Origin: an uncultured Eubacteriales bacterium
GTDB lineage: Bacteria > Bacillota > Sulfobacillia > DYIH01 > JBBIPI01
Assembly (NCBI GenBank): GCA_964467515.1
Contig: CAYXQP010000001.1
Span: 1,509 to 65,508 of the forward strand
Direction: 5' to 3'
DNA length: 64,000 bases
Both the position numbers and the translations under genes were made by a program. The notes beneath the pieces are model-generated. The model ran no database searches and was not told where the DNA came from. It worked only from the letters and a program-made list of their open reading frames with translations. This document shows positions 10,238-19,260 of the stretch, in pieces (positions within the stretch are counted from its first letter, which is position 1; every line of letters starts with the position of its first letter).

Positions 10238-12340
10238 TTACCTCGCCGCCGCCAGCGCCAGGCTCTGCCCCGCTCCCGGCCGCTCCCGCCATCCCGAGAG
10301 CAGGCCGCGGGCATCGAGGATGAGGGCGAGGCTGCCGTCGCCCAGGATGGTGGCGCCGGCCAACCCCTCCACGCCGCCGATGAAACGACCCAGGTTCTTG
10401 ATGACGATCTCCTGCTCGCCCAGGAGCGCGTCCACCACCAGGCCCACCAGCCGGCCGCCGCCGTGGACGAGGACGCTGTAGAAGCGCCCCGACGCGCCGG
10501 CTTCCTCGCGGGGGAGACCGAGGCAATCGCTGAGCCAGCGGAGGGGGATCACCTGGTCGCGGACGGTGATGACCTTCTGACCCTTGAGGTGGCGGATGTC
10601 TTGACGCGCCAGGCGGATGGTCTCGGCCACCGAGGCCAGGGGCAGGGCGAAGACGCCTTCGCCCGCCCGGACGAGGAGGGCCCTGATGGTGGCCAGGGTC
10701 AGGGGGAGCACCAGGCGGAAGGTGGTGCCGCGCCCCGCCTCGGACTCCAGGTCCACGCGGCCCCCCACCCGCTCCACGTTGCGCCGCACTATGTCCATGC
10801 CCACGCCCCGGCCGGACACCTCGCTCACCGCGGCCGCCGTGCTGAAGCCGGGGGAGAAGATGAGGGCGCAGGCTTCCCGGTCGGGCAGCTCGCGGGCCTG
10901 CTCGGGGGTCAGGAGCCCCCTGGCCACGGCGGCGGCCCGCATCCTCTCGGGGTCGATGCCCCGGCCGTCGTCGGCCACCTCCACCACGATGGTGTTGTCC
11001 CGCTGGTAGGCCAGGAGCGAGACCCGGCCCACCGGGTCCTTGCCGGCGCGCCGCCGCTCCTCGGCCGTCTCGAGGCCGTGGTCGACGGCGTTCCGCAGGA
11101 GGTGGATCAGCGGGTCTCCCAGGACCTCGATGAGGGCGCGGTCCAGCTCCGTCTCGCCGCCCCGCACCGTGAACTCGATCTCCTTGCCCATGCTCCGGGC
11201 CAGGTCCCGCACCATGCGCGGGAACTTCTTGAAGAGCCGGTCTATGGGCAGCATGCGGGCCCGCAGCAGCTCGTCCTGGAGGAAGCCGGTGACGCGCGTC
11301 AGGTGGTTGGAGACGCGCGCCACGTCCGCGGCCAGCTCCTCCACGCCGGCCACGCCGCTCAGGTGGGCGGCCAGCTGGGACAGCCGGTTCCGGTCTATGA
11401 CCAGCTCGCCCACCAGGTTCATCAGGTTGTCCAGGATGGAGACGTCCACCCGCACCGTCCGCCCCTCGCCGGAGGCGTCGCCGGTGCGCTCCCCGCCGCC
11501 GGGGCTGCCGCGCTCCGGGCCCTTTTGCCCCCCGCCCTCGCCGGCCCGCCACGGCGGGGCCTGGACGCCGGGCCGTTCCGCCGGCCTGTCCGGGGGTGCG
11601 AGGGGTTCCACCGTCACCCCGCGGACGTCGCCCACTGCCAGGAGGGCGGCCCGCAACTCCTCCGGGTCCCCCTCGGCGGCCACGTACAGGGTGACCTGGC
11701 CGTCCACCCGCTCGGCCTCTATGTCGTCGAGGCTGGGGCGGCTGCCGAGGACCGCGGCCCTCTCCTGGGCCACCAGGTACGCCTGGTAGGCGCGCACCGC
11801 GGGCATGGGGCCGTCTTCGGCCAGGAGCACGTGCACCGCCAGGGGTGTCCCGGTCCGGTTCTGTTCCTCCCAGGCCTCCCACACCGCCGGGGGCACCTCG
11901 GGCGAACCGGCCGGGCGCTCCGCCCGGTCCTCCTGGCGGCCGCCGCCCGCCGCCACGGCCGCCAGCGTCTCCGTGACGGCCTCCACCTCCGGGACCTCTC
12001 CGCCCTCCAGGAACTGGACGCGCAGGCGCCGCAGACAGTCGAGCCCGCCGAAGAGGGCGTCCACCACCTCGGGACGGGGCTTGAGCTCCCCCGCCCGGAC
12101 TCTGTCCAGGACGTTCTCCAGGGCGTGGGCCACGCGGGACATGTCCAAGAGGCCCACGGCGCCCGCCGACCCCTTCACCGTGTGGGCCGCGCGAAAGCAG
12201 GCGGCCACCCCTTCCGGCGAGGCGCCCTCCCGCTCCAGCGCCAGGAACCCCTCCTCCAGGACCTGGATCTGCTCCTCCAGTTCCTCGAGAAAGAGCCTGC
12301 GCTCCTCTTCACCCAGCTCCACCAGGGACACCGGGATCAC
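10238..12340 (-). CDS. cheA: Chemotaxis histidine kinase CheA
   Basis: 700 aa with an HPt domain (AHTVKGSAGAVG), a dimerisation domain, an HATPase domain (NAVDHG...DDGRGID...GRGVGMD) and a C-terminal CheW-like domain. Confidence 0.9.
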   Translation of the reverse strand: MIPVSLVELGEEERRLFLEELEEQIQVLEEGFLALEREGASPEGVAACFRAAHTVKGSAGAVGLLDMSRVAHALENVLDRVRAGELKPRPEVVDALFGGLDCLRRLRVQFLEGGEVPEVEAVTETLAAVAAGGGRQEDRAERPAGSPEVPPAVWEAWEEQNRTGTPLAVHVLLAEDGPMPAVRAYQAYLVAQERAAVLGSRPSLDDIEAERVDGQVTLYVAAEGDPEELRAALLAVGDVRGVTVEPLAPPDRPAERPGVQAPPWRAGEGGGQKGPERGSPGGGERTGDASGEGRTVRVDVSILDNLMNLVGELVIDRNRLSQLAAHLSGVAGVEELAADVARVSNHLTRVTGFLQDELLRARMLPIDRLFKKFPRMVRDLARSMGKEIEFTVRGGETELDRALIEVLGDPLIHLLRNAVDHGLETAEERRRAGKDPVGRVSLLAYQRDNTIVVEVADDGRGIDPERMRAAAVARGLLTPEQARELPDREACALIFSPGFSTAAAVSEVSGRGVGMDIVRRNVERVGGRVDLESEAGRGTTFRLVLPLTLATIRALLVRAGEGVFALPLASVAETIRLARQDIRHLKGQKVITVRDQVIPLRWLSDCLGLPREEAGASGRFYSVLVHGGGRLVGLVVDALLGEQEIVIKNLGRFIGGVEGLAGATILGDGSLALILDARGLLSGWRERPGAGQSLALAAAR

Positions 12341-12341
12341 C

Positions 12342-12767
12342 TCACTCCTCCAGCAGGGCGGGCACGTCCAGGAGCAGGACCAACTCCCCCTCCTGGGTCC
12401 TGCCCAGACCCCGCACGAACCGCTCAGCCACGGCCGTTCCCAGGGCGTCGGCGGGTTCGGGCGCCAGGGGGGCCACGGCCAGGACGTCGTCCACCAGCAG
12501 CCCCACCGGCTCGCCCTGCCACTCGCAAACCACGATGCACTGCGCCCGCCCGTCGCCGGCGATCCCCAATTTCTCGGCCAGGCTCACCACGGGGACCACG
12601 CTGCCCCGCAGGTTGATGAGACCGCGCACGCCGGCCGGCGCCCGCGGCACCACCGTGAGCCGGCAGGCCTGGACCACCTCGCGCACGGAGCCCACTCCCA
12701 GACCCACCCGCTCCTCGCCCAGGCAGCAAACGACGAAGCGTTCGCCCGCCGTCGCTACGACCGACAC
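12342..12767 (-). CDS. cheW: Chemotaxis coupling protein CheW (copy 1)
   Basis: A CheW domain starting at the GTG at 12767 (VSVVATAGERFVVCCLGEERVGLGVGSVREVV...). This start overlaps the stop of the upstream cheW and is preceded by GGAGGGGGAG. Confidence 0.85.
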   Translation of the reverse strand: MSVVATAGERFVVCCLGEERVGLGVGSVREVVQACRLTVVPRAPAGVRGLINLRGSVVPVVSLAEKLGIAGDGRAQCIVVCEWQGEPVGLLVDDVLAVAPLAPEPADALGTAVAERFVRGLGRTQEGELVLLLDVPALLEE

Positions 12768-13240
12768 GCCGCCATCTCCCCCTCCAGGGAACCCACGGTC
12801 TCCGCCAGTTCGCCGGCATCCACGGCCAGCAGCCGGTCCAGGTCGAGCAGGAGGAGGATCCGCCCCGCCAGATCGGCCACGCCCCGCACGAAGGCGCGCA
12901 CGTGGGGCGGCACCGTGGCCGGGACCCCCTGCCACACGGACCTCTCGAAGGAGCGAACCTCCACCACTCCGTCCACCACCAGCCCCACCGCCTGCCCGCC
13001 CACGTCCACGATGACCACCACCGGCCGCTCGCCGGCCGGCTCCCGGCCGAGCCGCAGGCGCAGGTCCAGGAGGGGCACCACGCGGCCCCGCAGGTCCATG
13101 ACGCCGAGGACGTGGGGCGGACAGTCGGGCAGGGAGGTCACCCCCTCGAGGAGCCTGATCTCCCGGACGCCCGCGATGCCGGCGGCGTACTCGGCTCCGC
13201 CCACGCTGAAGACCAGGTACTTGTCCTCGCTTTCAGACAT
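12755..13240 (-). CDS. cheW: Chemotaxis coupling protein CheW (copy 2)
   Basis: 161 aa CheW domain (YLVFSVGGAEYAAGIAGVREI...VLGVMDLRGRVVPLLDLR). Confidence 0.85.
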   Translation of the reverse strand: MSESEDKYLVFSVGGAEYAAGIAGVREIRLLEGVTSLPDCPPHVLGVMDLRGRVVPLLDLRLRLGREPAGERPVVVIVDVGGQAVGLVVDGVVEVRSFERSVWQGVPATVPPHVRAFVRGVADLAGRILLLLDLDRLLAVDAGELAETVGSLEGEMAACRS

Positions 13241-13303
13241 GGGAAGTCCTCCTCCCCGCCGCAGCCGATCCGCATTCGTTGTCGTGAAAGCCCCTATCGG
13301 CCT

Positions 13304-13681
13304 TTAGCCGCCGCACCGCCGGAAGAGGAGGCGGTCCCCCGGGCGGACCCCCGCCCGGCGCAGGGAGGAAGATGGCAGTTCGAGAGTGGCCCAGGCCCCG
13401 GGGCAACCGGCCACCCGCCAGGGAGGCATTGCCTCCGCCAGGCGCAGGACGGTGCCGTCGAGGGCCAGGAAGGCCACGTCCAGGGGCTCTCGCAGGAAGA
13501 AGGTGTGGATGGCCCGGCAGGGGGTGAGGAGAATCCCGTCCCTCCCGGCCGGCCAGCCGCCCAGGACGCCTGCGAGCCGGCCCAGGAAGGCGCCGACAAC
13601 CCTGACGGACCGGGCCACCGGCCTCCCGCCCTCCACCACGACCTCGACGTCCCGCGGCAGCGCCGCGCGGGAGAGAACCAT
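13304..13681 (-). CDS. DUF192 domain protein
   Basis: 125 aa with a DUF192-like core (...GILLTPCRAIHTFFLREPLDVAFLALDG...). Confidence 0.6.
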   Translation of the reverse strand: MVLSRAALPRDVEVVVEGGRPVARSVRVVGAFLGRLAGVLGGWPAGRDGILLTPCRAIHTFFLREPLDVAFLALDGTVLRLAEAMPPWRVAGCPGAWATLELPSSSLRRAGVRPGDRLLFRRCGG

Positions 13682-13779
13682 CAGGAGCCTCCTTCCCGGA
13701 AGCCGGCAGGAAGCCGGCCCTTCACGTCGAATGTCGTATCAAGACGTCGCAACCTGTCAAAGGATCGCGGAAAGGGGGC

Positions 13780-14097
13780 TTGCCTTTGAACGGCGGTGGG
13801 ACGGCTGCCTGCGCGCGGCTGCAGGACACGCTGCGCCTTGCGGCGGTGAGGGCGGTCAAGGTCCTCCCCGAGGAGACGCTGGTGCTGACCGACTCGGGAA
13901 GCCTGACCATCCCGGCCGGCGGCGAACGGGTGACCCTCGTCGTGGGGGGCACCCTGCGCTCCCACCTGCGCCGGCCCGCCCTGGCCACCTTTCTCTACTA
14001 TCCGGGCGGCGAGGGAGCCACGGTCCTGGTGGAGGACCACGGAGACCGCTGGACGCTCCTGGTCCAGGAAAAGCCCGCCGCGGCGGCGGCCCGCTAG
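13780..14097 (+). CDS. Hypothetical protein (no recognisable family)
   Basis: A 105-codon ORF between two minus-strand genes, with high GC3 coding-like composition. A TTG start at 13780 follows AAAGGGGG, or an alternative TTG 6 nt downstream. Its 3' end overlaps the stop of the LamB/YcsF gene by 4 nt. Confidence 0.35.
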   Translation: MPLNGGGTAACARLQDTLRLAAVRAVKVLPEETLVLTDSGSLTIPAGGERVTLVVGGTLRSHLRRPALATFLYYPGGEGATVLVEDHGDRWTLLVQEKPAAAAAR

Positions 14098-14897
14098 GGA
14101 GTGGCGTCCGGCCGGGGCCGGGCGGCCCCGCGGGGGGAGCGGAGGGGAGGCGTCACCCGCACGCCCGCTCCCTCCAGGGCACCGCGCACGCGCCGGGCCA
14201 CGTCGAGGGCGCTCGGTGTGTCCCCGTGCACGCAGATGGTCTCGCAGGGGACGGACACGTAGCCGTCGGCCGCCCGCACCCGGCCCCCCGCCAGGAGGAC
14301 GGCCTGGGCCGCCGCCTCCGCAGGCGAGAGGAGGGCGGCGGGGTGCCCGCGCGGCAGGAGCCGCCCGGTCCCGTCGTAGCCGCGGTCGGCGAATCCCTCC
14401 CGGGCGACCACCAGACCGGCGCGCCTGGCCTCCCGCTCCAGGGCGGAGGCGGGCGGAGCGTACACCACGGCCGCCGGCGCCGCCCGCGCGATGGCCGCCA
14501 CCACCGCCCGGGCCACCTCGGCCCTCTCCGCCGCCAAGTGGTACAGGGCACCGTGGGGCTTGACGTGGTGGAGGCGGGCCTCCACCAGGGCGCACAGGGC
14601 GGCCAGGGCTCCGACCTGGTAGGCCACGTCGGCTTCTACCTCCTCGGGGGACACGCCGACGACCCGGCGACCAAAGCCCGAGCGGTCGGGCAGGGAGGGA
14701 TGGGCCCCCACGGCCACCCCGTGGCGGCGAGCCGACGCCACCACGCGCCGCATCTCGTAGGGATCGCCGGCGTGGAAGCCGCACGCCACGTTGACGGACG
14801 AAACCAGGGTGAAGAGCTCCGCCTCCTGCCGCGGGTCGAGGACGCCCTCCCCCGCGTCCAGGTTGAGGTCGATGGCTCGCCCCTCTGCGTCGGTCAT
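14094..14897 (-). CDS. pxpA: LamB/YcsF family protein (5-oxoprolinase subunit A, PxpA-like)
   Basis: 267 aa; an N-terminal ...IDLNLDAGEG... and the LamB/YcsF fold. No pxpB or pxpC partner is adjacent. Confidence 0.8.
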   Translation of the reverse strand: MTDAEGRAIDLNLDAGEGVLDPRQEAELFTLVSSVNVACGFHAGDPYEMRRVVASARRHGVAVGAHPSLPDRSGFGRRVVGVSPEEVEADVAYQVGALAALCALVEARLHHVKPHGALYHLAAERAEVARAVVAAIARAAPAAVVYAPPASALEREARRAGLVVAREGFADRGYDGTGRLLPRGHPAALLSPAEAAAQAVLLAGGRVRAADGYVSVPCETICVHGDTPSALDVARRVRGALEGAGVRVTPPLRSPRGAARPRPDATP

Positions 14898-14956
14898 TCC
14901 CCGCCCACCTCAGCCCGGCGCAAGACCGTCACCGTCGCCCGGTCCGGCCGTCCCGC

Positions 14957-15865
14957 CTATACCGGGCCGGCGCGCCTCATCCTCCCCTCCAGGGCGGTCG
15001 CCGCCGCCCCGGCGACAGCCGTCACCATGGCCACCCGGCCCATGGGGAACACGTGGAGGCCGCGGGCGAAGGAGGCCACCGCCCGGGCCAGCTCGCAGGC
15101 CGCCTCCAGCCCGGCCGCCTCGCCTCCCGCCTGGAGCCGGCGCAAAAGTCGGTCGGGCACGCGCACCCCGGGGATGGCCGCGACCCGCCGCGCGAACTCC
15201 AGGTCCCGCAGGGGCATGATCCCGTAAAGGATGGGGACCGCGAGCCCGGCGGCCCGGCAACGCTCCTCGAAGCGGGCGGCGTCCTCGGCCTCGAACACGG
15301 GCTGGGTCTGGACGAAGACCCCTCCCGCCTCCACCTTGGCCGCCAGCCGTTCCACCTCCCGCTCCAGGTCCGCGGCCGTCGGGTTGGCGGCCACGGCCAC
15401 CAGGAGGGAGGTGGGCGAATCGAGGGTCGCGCGGCCGGCGCGCCCGGCGTTCAACTCGGCGATGAGCCGCACCAGCCCGGGGGTGTCCAGCTCGTACACC
15501 CCTCGGGCCTCGGGGCAGTTGCCCGCCTGGGGCGGGTCTCCGTGGAGCACGAGGACGTGGCGGACCCCGAGAGCGTGAGCGCCCAGCAGGTCGGCCCGCA
15601 GACCGATCTGGTTGCGATCACGGCAGGTGACGTGGACTATGGTCTCGACGCCGGTCTCTCTCTGCACGAGGTGGGCGGCCGCGATGGCTCCCATGCGCAC
15701 GTTGGCCAGCGGGCAGTCGGTCACGTTGACGGCGTCCACCAGCGCGCCGAGCTGCCGGGCTCGCTCGAGGAAGCGCCCCGCGTCGGTGCCCCGCGGCGGA
15801 TCCAGCTCCGCCGTCAGGACGAAGGAGCCGGCTGCCAGTTTCTCGGCCAGGGTCAGCGCCAACAC
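14957..15865 (-). CDS. metF: 5,10-methylenetetrahydrofolate reductase MetF
   Basis: The C-terminal about 300 aa of ORF 14957..17773 read ...SFVLTAELDPPRG...VNVTDCPLANVRMG...VHVTCRDRN...VLVLHGDPP, a MetF (MTHFR) sequence. The start is GTG at 15865 or TTG at 15862; the upstream in-frame sequence is shadow. Confidence 0.85.
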   Translation of the reverse strand: MLALTLAEKLAAGSFVLTAELDPPRGTDAGRFLERARQLGALVDAVNVTDCPLANVRMGAIAAAHLVQRETGVETIVHVTCRDRNQIGLRADLLGAHALGVRHVLVLHGDPPQAGNCPEARGVYELDTPGLVRLIAELNAGRAGRATLDSPTSLLVAVAANPTAADLEREVERLAAKVEAGGVFVQTQPVFEAEDAARFEERCRAAGLAVPILYGIMPLRDLEFARRVAAIPGVRVPDRLLRRLQAGGEAAGLEAACELARAVASFARGLHVFPMGRVAMVTAVAGAAATALEGRMRRAGPV

Positions 15866-15949
15866 CTCCGCCGCCGGCGGGGCCGGCGCCCGCGCCGGGC
15901 GGTGCCATCGGCTCTGGAGTAACCGTAACCACCATGATACAACGAAACC

Positions 15950-17896
15950 ATGCAGACCCGCAGGAAAGCCAACACCGTGACGGTTCGTTGGACGAGGCGG
16001 GAACTGGATCTTCCTGCCGACGAGCCCCTCCATCGCTCCCTGGCCGCCGCCGGTGTGCCCGTGGAAAGCCCCTGCGGCGGATTGGGCCGGTGCGGGCGCT
16101 GTCGCGTCCTGTTCCTGACGGGAGCGCCGGCTCCCTCCGAGGCCGACCGCCGCCTGCTGAGCGGTGCCGACCTGGAGGCCGGCTGGCGGCTGTCCTGCCG
16201 CCACCTGCCGCGCGCCGGGGCGGAGATCACCCTGACCCCCTCCTGGACGCCAGCGGCCCTCGCGGCAGCCGGGCCCGGCGGGGCCACCCTGCCGGCAGCC
16301 GTCAAGGGGGCCACGGAGGCGGGGGCCGTCACCGTGCGCTCGCCCCTGGTGGAGAGCCGCACCGTGGTCCTGCCGCGGCCGGCGGCGGAGGAGACGGGCG
16401 GCGACGTGGAGAGGCTGGCCGCCGCCCTGGGTCGGCCCCTCCGGGCGGGTCTCCCCGCCCTGAGGGAAGGCGCCCTCCACCTGCGGCGCGGCGGCGAACT
16501 CCGCTGCGTCCTCGGCGACGGCGAGCTCCTGGCCGTCGCAGGGGCTGCCGGAGCGGGGCAGGCCCTGGGTCTTTGCCTCGACCTGGGCACCACGACCCTG
16601 GCCGGCTACCTCCTGGCCCTGGACACCGGGCACCAGCTGGCGGGCGCCGCCATCCCCAATCCCCAGGCTTCTCTGGGCGCCGACATCATGACGCGCCTCG
16701 GCCACGCCCTGCGGGGAAACGGCCTGGCCGAGCTGCGCCTGCTCCTGGTGGAGGGGGCCAACCGCCTCCTGGAGAGCCTCTGCCGCCAGGCCGAGTCCGA
16801 ACCCGACGCGGTGTGGGCCGTCACGGCCGTCGGCAACAGCGCCATGCACCACCTCTTCCTGGGTCTCCCGGTGGACGGCCTGGCCGCGGCCCCCTATGCG
16901 CCCCTTTCCACGGCGCCCCGCCTGGAGAGGGCCGCCGACCTGGGGCTGGCGTGCCACCCGCGGGGTCTCGTCTACCTGCCGCCCCTCCTGGGCGGCTTCG
17001 CGGGGAGCGACATGGCCGCCGTGCTCCTGGCGACCCGCCCCTGGGAAGCCGAGCGGCCCGTCCTGGTCCTGGACCTGGGCACCAACGGCGAGGTGCTGCT
17101 GGGCCACGAGGGGCGAGTGCTCACCGCCAGCGCCCCGGCCGGACCGGCCTTCGAAGGGGCCGGGCTCTCGGCCGGCCTGAGAGCCGGGCCGGGCGCCATC
17201 ACGGCCGTGGACCTGGCGACGGTGGAGGGGGAGGTGGACCTGACGGTGGAGGTGGTCGGCGGCGGGCCGCCGCAGGGCATCTGCGGGTCGGGCGCCGTGG
17301 ACGCGGCGGCCGCCCTCCTGCGGGCCGGGCTGGTGGACGCCTCCGGCCGGATCGCCGTGGACCGGCTGTCCTCCCTTCCCGCCCGCCTGGCGGCGCGGAT
17401 CAGGCCGGAGGGAGCCGGCGCCGTGACCCTGGCCCACGGTCCCGGCGGACCCGTGCTGCTCACCCAGGGCGACCTGCGCCAGCTCCAGCTGGCCAAGGCG
17501 GCCGTGCGGGCGGCCTGCGACCTGCTCCTGGCCGAGGGAGGCCTGGAGCCGGACGACCTGGGGGCGGTCCTGCTGGCCGGCGCCTTCGGCAACTACCTTC
17601 GCCCGGAGAGCGCCCTCGCCATCGGGCTCCTGCCGCCGGTGCCTCCCGAGCGCGTCGTCCCGGTGGGCAACGCGGCGGGAGTGGGGGCGATGCTCTGCCT
17701 CCTGGACGGGCTGGCCCGGAGCGAGCTGGAGGAGCGGGCGCGGCGGGTCCGGCATGTGCCCCTGGCCACTCACCCCGACTTTCAGGACCGGTTCCTGGCC
17801 GCCACTTGGTTCCCGTCGCCGGGAGGTCCCCCGGCCCCGGCCGACCGGCCGGCCCGGCCCGCCGCGGCGGGAACAACCGGTTCCAAGGGGGGGTGA
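15950..17896 (+). CDS. 2Fe-2S ferredoxin plus ASKHA-ATPase protein of the RACo / DUF4445 family (corrinoid reductive activase-like)
   Basis: 648 aa. The N-terminal plant-type ferredoxin cysteines (CGGLGRCGRCRV...SCRH) are followed by an ASKHA-fold region (LCLDLGTTTLAGYLL...VLDLGTNGEV). Divergent from metF. Confidence 0.75.
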   Translation: MQTRRKANTVTVRWTRRELDLPADEPLHRSLAAAGVPVESPCGGLGRCGRCRVLFLTGAPAPSEADRRLLSGADLEAGWRLSCRHLPRAGAEITLTPSWTPAALAAAGPGGATLPAAVKGATEAGAVTVRSPLVESRTVVLPRPAAEETGGDVERLAAALGRPLRAGLPALREGALHLRRGGELRCVLGDGELLAVAGAAGAGQALGLCLDLGTTTLAGYLLALDTGHQLAGAAIPNPQASLGADIMTRLGHALRGNGLAELRLLLVEGANRLLESLCRQAESEPDAVWAVTAVGNSAMHHLFLGLPVDGLAAAPYAPLSTAPRLERAADLGLACHPRGLVYLPPLLGGFAGSDMAAVLLATRPWEAERPVLVLDLGTNGEVLLGHEGRVLTASAPAGPAFEGAGLSAGLRAGPGAITAVDLATVEGEVDLTVEVVGGGPPQGICGSGAVDAAAALLRAGLVDASGRIAVDRLSSLPARLAARIRPEGAGAVTLAHGPGGPVLLTQGDLRQLQLAKAAVRAACDLLLAEGGLEPDDLGAVLLAGAFGNYLRPESALAIGLLPPVPPERVVPVGNAAGVGAMLCLLDGLARSELEERARRVRHVPLATHPDFQDRFLAATWFPSPGGPPAPADRPARPAAAGTTGSKGG

Positions 17897-19194
17897 CAGC
17901 CCTGGAGAAGGTCTTCTGCGACCCGGTGCACGACTTCGTGGTGGTCCGCAACCGCGTGGCCCTGGCCCTGGTGGACACCCCCGAGTTCCAGCGTCTGCGG
18001 CGCATAAGGCAGCTGGGCCTGGCCGCCGGCACCTACCCCGGCGCCGAACACACCCGCTTCGCCCATTCCCTGGGGGCCATGCACGTCCTGGAGCGGGTGC
18101 GCCGCCGCCTGGAGACCGACGCCGGGGCGGCCGACTGGGAGGCGTTGACCCTGGCCGCCCTTCTCCACGACGTGGGGCACGGTCCCTTCTCGCACCTGTG
18201 GGAGCGTCTCACCGGCACGCCCCACGAGTTCTGGACGAAGGCGGTGGTGGCCGGGGACACGGAGGTCAACCGGACTCTCCGCCGCGCCGAGGCGGACCTG
18301 CCCGAGCGCGTCCTGGGCCTGCTGGACGGCCGTCCCAAGGCTCGTCTGTCGGATCTCCTCGCGGGGCAGCTGGACGTGGACCGCATGGACTACCTCCTCC
18401 GCGACGCCCTCTTCACCGGCGCCGGTTACGGCCGCTTCGACCTGGAGCGCCTGGTCCACTCCCTGGTCGCCGCCGGCGGGGGGGTGGCCGTTCACCACCG
18501 CGGGCTGGCCAACGTCGAGGAGTACCTGCTGGCCCGCTACTTCATGTACTGGCGCGTCTACTTCCACAAGACGGTGCGAGCCGCCGAGGTCACCCTCGCC
18601 ACGGCCTGGCGCCGCGCCCGCCACCTCTTCCGCAAGGGAGACCCGCCCGAGACGCCGCCCCCCCTGCGCCCCTTCCTGGCGGGGGAACCCGCCACCCTCG
18701 GGCGGTTCCTGGCCGTGGACGACGGCGACCTGGTGGTGGCCCTGAAAGCCTGGGCTTCCTCCGGCGACCCCGTCCTGCGGGAACTGGCCGGCAGGGTGGT
18801 GGAGAGACGCTACCTCAAGCCGGCCCTGCCGCAGCCCCTCCCGGAGCTTCCCGAGGATGCCCTGCGGGCGGTGGCGCAAACGGTGGCCAGGGCCGGCTAC
18901 GACCCCGAGTGGCACCTGGCCGCCGACAGCACGGCCATGATCCCCTACGACGTGTACGATCCCGGCGCTGGCACGGCGGAGCCGGCGTCGCCCATCCTGA
19001 TCCTGGGGCCCGACGGCGGATTCCGGGAGGTGAGCGACGTCTCGCCGCTGGTGGACCGGCTGGCCAGGCTTCCCCGTCCGGCGCTGCAGGTGTACGTGCC
19101 GGCCGAGGCGCGCGAGGCTGCGGCCCGGGTGCTGGGCCCGTTGGCCCGCGAGGCGTGGAAGCAGCCGGCTCGGCCGCCCACCGCCGCGCGGTGA
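17893..19194 (+). CDS. HD domain phosphohydrolase (dGTPase-like, COG1078)
   Basis: A GTG start at 17893 overlaps the upstream stop (GTGA). The HD motif reads HSLGAMHV...LLHDVGHGPFSH...DRMDYLLRD. Confidence 0.75.
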   Translation: MTALEKVFCDPVHDFVVVRNRVALALVDTPEFQRLRRIRQLGLAAGTYPGAEHTRFAHSLGAMHVLERVRRRLETDAGAADWEALTLAALLHDVGHGPFSHLWERLTGTPHEFWTKAVVAGDTEVNRTLRRAEADLPERVLGLLDGRPKARLSDLLAGQLDVDRMDYLLRDALFTGAGYGRFDLERLVHSLVAAGGGVAVHHRGLANVEEYLLARYFMYWRVYFHKTVRAAEVTLATAWRRARHLFRKGDPPETPPPLRPFLAGEPATLGRFLAVDDGDLVVALKAWASSGDPVLRELAGRVVERRYLKPALPQPLPELPEDALRAVAQTVARAGYDPEWHLAADSTAMIPYDVYDPGAGTAEPASPILILGPDGGFREVSDVSPLVDRLARLPRPALQVYVPAEAREAAARVLGPLAREAWKQPARPPTAAR

Positions 19195-19260
19195 CGCGTC
19201 GCCGTTGAGGGGCTCCCCCGCCTCTGCTATGCTGGAGCCGTTCCGGGGGGAAGGCGGCCG

